DNA of 64,000 bases from Actinomycetota bacterium (GTDB lineage: Bacteria; Actinomycetota; Thermoleophilia; Gaiellales; Gaiellaceae), in the NCBI GenBank assembly GCA_046733475.1, contig JBKPPF010000018.1, positions 4,138 through 68,137 on the forward strand, read 5' to 3'. The position numbers and the translations under genes were made by a program. The stretch's first letter is position 1; each line of letters starts with the position of its first letter. Shown here one piece after another: positions 62,377-64,000 of the stretch. Below the pieces are notes generated by a model. That model was not told the origin of the DNA, did no database searches, and saw only the letters and a program-made list of their open reading frames with translations.

Positions 62377-63143
62377 TCCGCCTCGGCCGTATCTCCTACG
62401 TGAACATGGCGCCTGTCTTCTTCGAGCTCGAGGCCGAGGTGGAGGAGGTCACCGGCGTCCCCACCGAGCTCAACCAGCGGCTGATTGCCGGCGAGATCGA
62501 CCTCGCGCCGATCTCGTCGATCGCCTACGGCCGGCACGCCGACGGGCTCCGGATCCTTCCGCGTCTCTGCGTCTCCTCCGAAGGAGCCGTGGATTCGATC
62601 CAGCTCGTCTCTCGCGCGCCGGTCGACCGCATCGACTCCGTCGCGGTCACGCCGGAGAGCGCGACCTCGGCCGTACTGGTCCGCGTCCTCTTCCCCGACG
62701 CCGAGCAGGTGCCGCTCGAGGAGGCGCACGACGCCGACGCCAAGCTCCTCATCGGCGACGCGGCGCTGAAGAGCATGTTCGAGGACCCGACCCCGCATCA
62801 CGATCTCGGGCGCTTGTGGCTCGAGCGCACCGGGCTGCCGATGGTCTATGCGGTCTTCGCCTGCGCCGACCCTCCGGCCGACGGAGTCGCCGAGCTCGAG
62901 ACTGCCCTCCTCGACTCACATCGCAGGGCGCGCGCCGAGCCCGAGCGGCTCGCCCGCGAGGCCAGCGACCGCTACGGATACCCGCCCGGCTTCCTCGCCC
63001 GCTACTTCGAGAAGCTGCGCTACCGCTTCGGCCCCCGCGAGCGCGCGGGCCTGTTGACGTTCTTCGAGCTCGCGGCCGACGTGGGCGCCCTCGAGAAGGT
63101 GCCCGAGCTCCGCTTCCTCGTCTCCGAGGTGGTGGAGGCATGA
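62355..63143 (+). CDS. mqnA: chorismate dehydratase (futalosine pathway)
   Basis: IRLGRISYVNMAPVFF ... LIAGEIDLAPISSIAY. GTG 62373 (GTGA overlap with mqnE) is the likely true start. Confidence 0.78.
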   Translation: MERSCLVIRLGRISYVNMAPVFFELEAEVEEVTGVPTELNQRLIAGEIDLAPISSIAYGRHADGLRILPRLCVSSEGAVDSIQLVSRAPVDRIDSVAVTPESATSAVLVRVLFPDAEQVPLEEAHDADAKLLIGDAALKSMFEDPTPHHDLGRLWLERTGLPMVYAVFACADPPADGVAELETALLDSHRRARAEPERLAREASDRYGYPPGFLARYFEKLRYRFGPRERAGLLTFFELAADVGALEKVPELRFLVSEVVEA

Positions 63144-64000
63144 GCCAGAACGGCAGCTCGAACGGCGTCGCCCCGATCCTCGACAAGGCGCTGTCCGGCG
63201 AGCGGCTCGACGGCGCCGAGGCGATGGCTCTCCTCGAGAGCCGCGACCTCGTCTCGGTCGGCAGGGCCGCGGACGAGCTCCGTAACCGCAAGATCGACCG
63301 CGGCCGCGTGACGTTCATCATCGACCGGAACCTCAACTACACGAACATCTGCCACACGGACTGCGACTTCTGTGCGTTCTACCGCCGGCCGGGCGACCGC
63401 TCCGAGGGCTATCTCCTGCCGAAGGCGGTCATCTTCAAGAAGATCGAGGAGACACTCGCGATCGGCGGCACCGCCCTTCTCATGCAGGGCGGCCACCACC
63501 CCGATCTCGGTGTCGACTACTACGAGGATCTCTTCAGCTGCATCAAGGCGCGCTACAAGATCCACCTGCACGCGCTCTCGCCGCCGGAGGTCCAGCACAT
63601 CGCGCGCCGCTCGAAGCTGACGATCCCGCAGACGCTGACCCGGCTGCGGGACGCGGGCCTCGATTCGCTCCCAGGCGGCGGGGCCGAGATCCTCGTCGAC
63701 CGTGTGCGCGACATCATCTCGCCCAAGAAGACGAAGTCGGCGGAATGGCTCGGCGTCATGCGCGACGCGCACCGGCTCGGCATCTCCTCGACGGCGACCA
63801 TGATGTACGGCCACGTCGAGACTCTCGACGAGCGGGTCGAGCACATGCGCCGGATCCGCGAACTCCAGGACGAGACGCATGGCTTTCGCGCGTTCATCTC
63901 CTGGACATTCCAGCGCGACGGGAACAGGCTGGCCGACCGGGTAACCGACGAGATGCGCCCGACTTCCTTCGACTACCTGCTGACGCAGGCGGTCAGCCGC
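63140..64000 (+). CDS. mqnC: radical-SAM cyclic dehypoxanthinyl futalosine synthase, 5' part (continues beyond the window)
   Basis: NYTNICHTDCDFCAFYR, ALLMQGGHHP and FISWTFQ. ATGA overlap with mqnA. The frame is still open at the window end. Confidence 0.72.
   Translation, partial: MSQNGSSNGVAPILDKALSGERLDGAEAMALLESRDLVSVGRAADELRNRKIDRGRVTFIIDRNLNYTNICHTDCDFCAFYRRPGDRSEGYLLPKAVIFKKIEETLAIGGTALLMQGGHHPDLGVDYYEDLFSCIKARYKIHLHALSPPEVQHIARRSKLTIPQTLTRLRDAGLDSLPGGGAEILVDRVRDIISPKKTKSAEWLGVMRDAHRLGISSTATMMYGHVETLDERVEHMRRIRELQDETHGFRAFISWTFQRDGNRLADRVTDEMRPTSFDYLLTQAVSR

Overview
The window is a very GC-rich, gene-dense chromosomal segment. I call about 80 protein genes, one tRNA and a few regulatory sites. 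I see no rRNA, CRISPR array, transposase or integrase. GC content was judged by eye, not computed. Gene content and style suggest the core genome of a deep-branching high-GC Gram-positive (Actinomycetota-like) organism: CIRCE-controlled groES-groEL, the futalosine route to menaquinone, a DtxR/IdeR-type repressor, and many 4-nt ATGA/GTGA gene overlaps. The lineage cannot be fixed without a database search.

Main blocks:
- 314-6937: lipA, two tandem cupins, a small ORF flanked by palindromes, then lipB with a 2-oxoacid dehydrogenase E2/E1beta/E1alpha operon.
- 6976-13316: Zn-ribbon, ASCH and Nudix genes, an MFS transporter, groES-groEL, and a secreted BNR-repeat protein.
- 13431-19400: ygfZ, tRNA-Arg, a BtuF-like protein, a Rieske ferredoxin, an OCD-family enzyme, DtxR, a small Cys-rich protein and mqnD.
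- 19421-32388: thiolase, aldehyde dehydrogenase, gabT, potADBC and several crotonases in a long translationally coupled array, plus htrA.
- 32385-36824: a small lower-GC XRE/membrane-protein module that sits between a paaG-like gene and paaDCBA with a TetR (PaaR-like) regulator.
- 37016-41093: a lipid kinase and a second E1alpha/E1beta/E2 set.
- 41192-48071: a Cys-less thioredoxin-fold protein, an AlkP-family phosphodiesterase, pcm, a PRC-barrel protein, GtrA and two GT-C (DUF2029-like) membrane proteins.
- 48034-51983: a ymdB-like gene, a degenerate M23 (LytM-like) protein and an ABC-2 exporter.
- 51980-64000: a co-directional respiratory array of hemB, hemL, a prenyl-synthase-like small protein, ubiD, qcrABC, ubiX, ubiE, a polyprenyl synthase, mqnE, mqnA and mqnC (truncated by the window edge).

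I found no obvious mobile or defence island. The observations most worth follow-up:
- A truncated, motif-less paralogue of the polyprenyl synthase, which may be a small subunit.
- bc-complex genes embedded inside the late menaquinone genes.
- Two conserved genes (hemL and the ymdB-like gene) that seem to need CUG or another non-canonical start codon.
- A 21-bp AT-rich palindrome present in two copies around a small HTH-like ORF between lipA and lipB.
- A degenerate LytM protein paired with an ABC-2 transporter.
- A tRNA-Arg with anticodon GCG.
- A small Cys-rich membrane protein next to the DtxR gene.

All functional calls rest on motifs I recognise by eye; no homology search was possible. Most of the long ORFs in the supplied track that I did not annotate are Arg/Pro/Ser-rich shadow frames of real genes.
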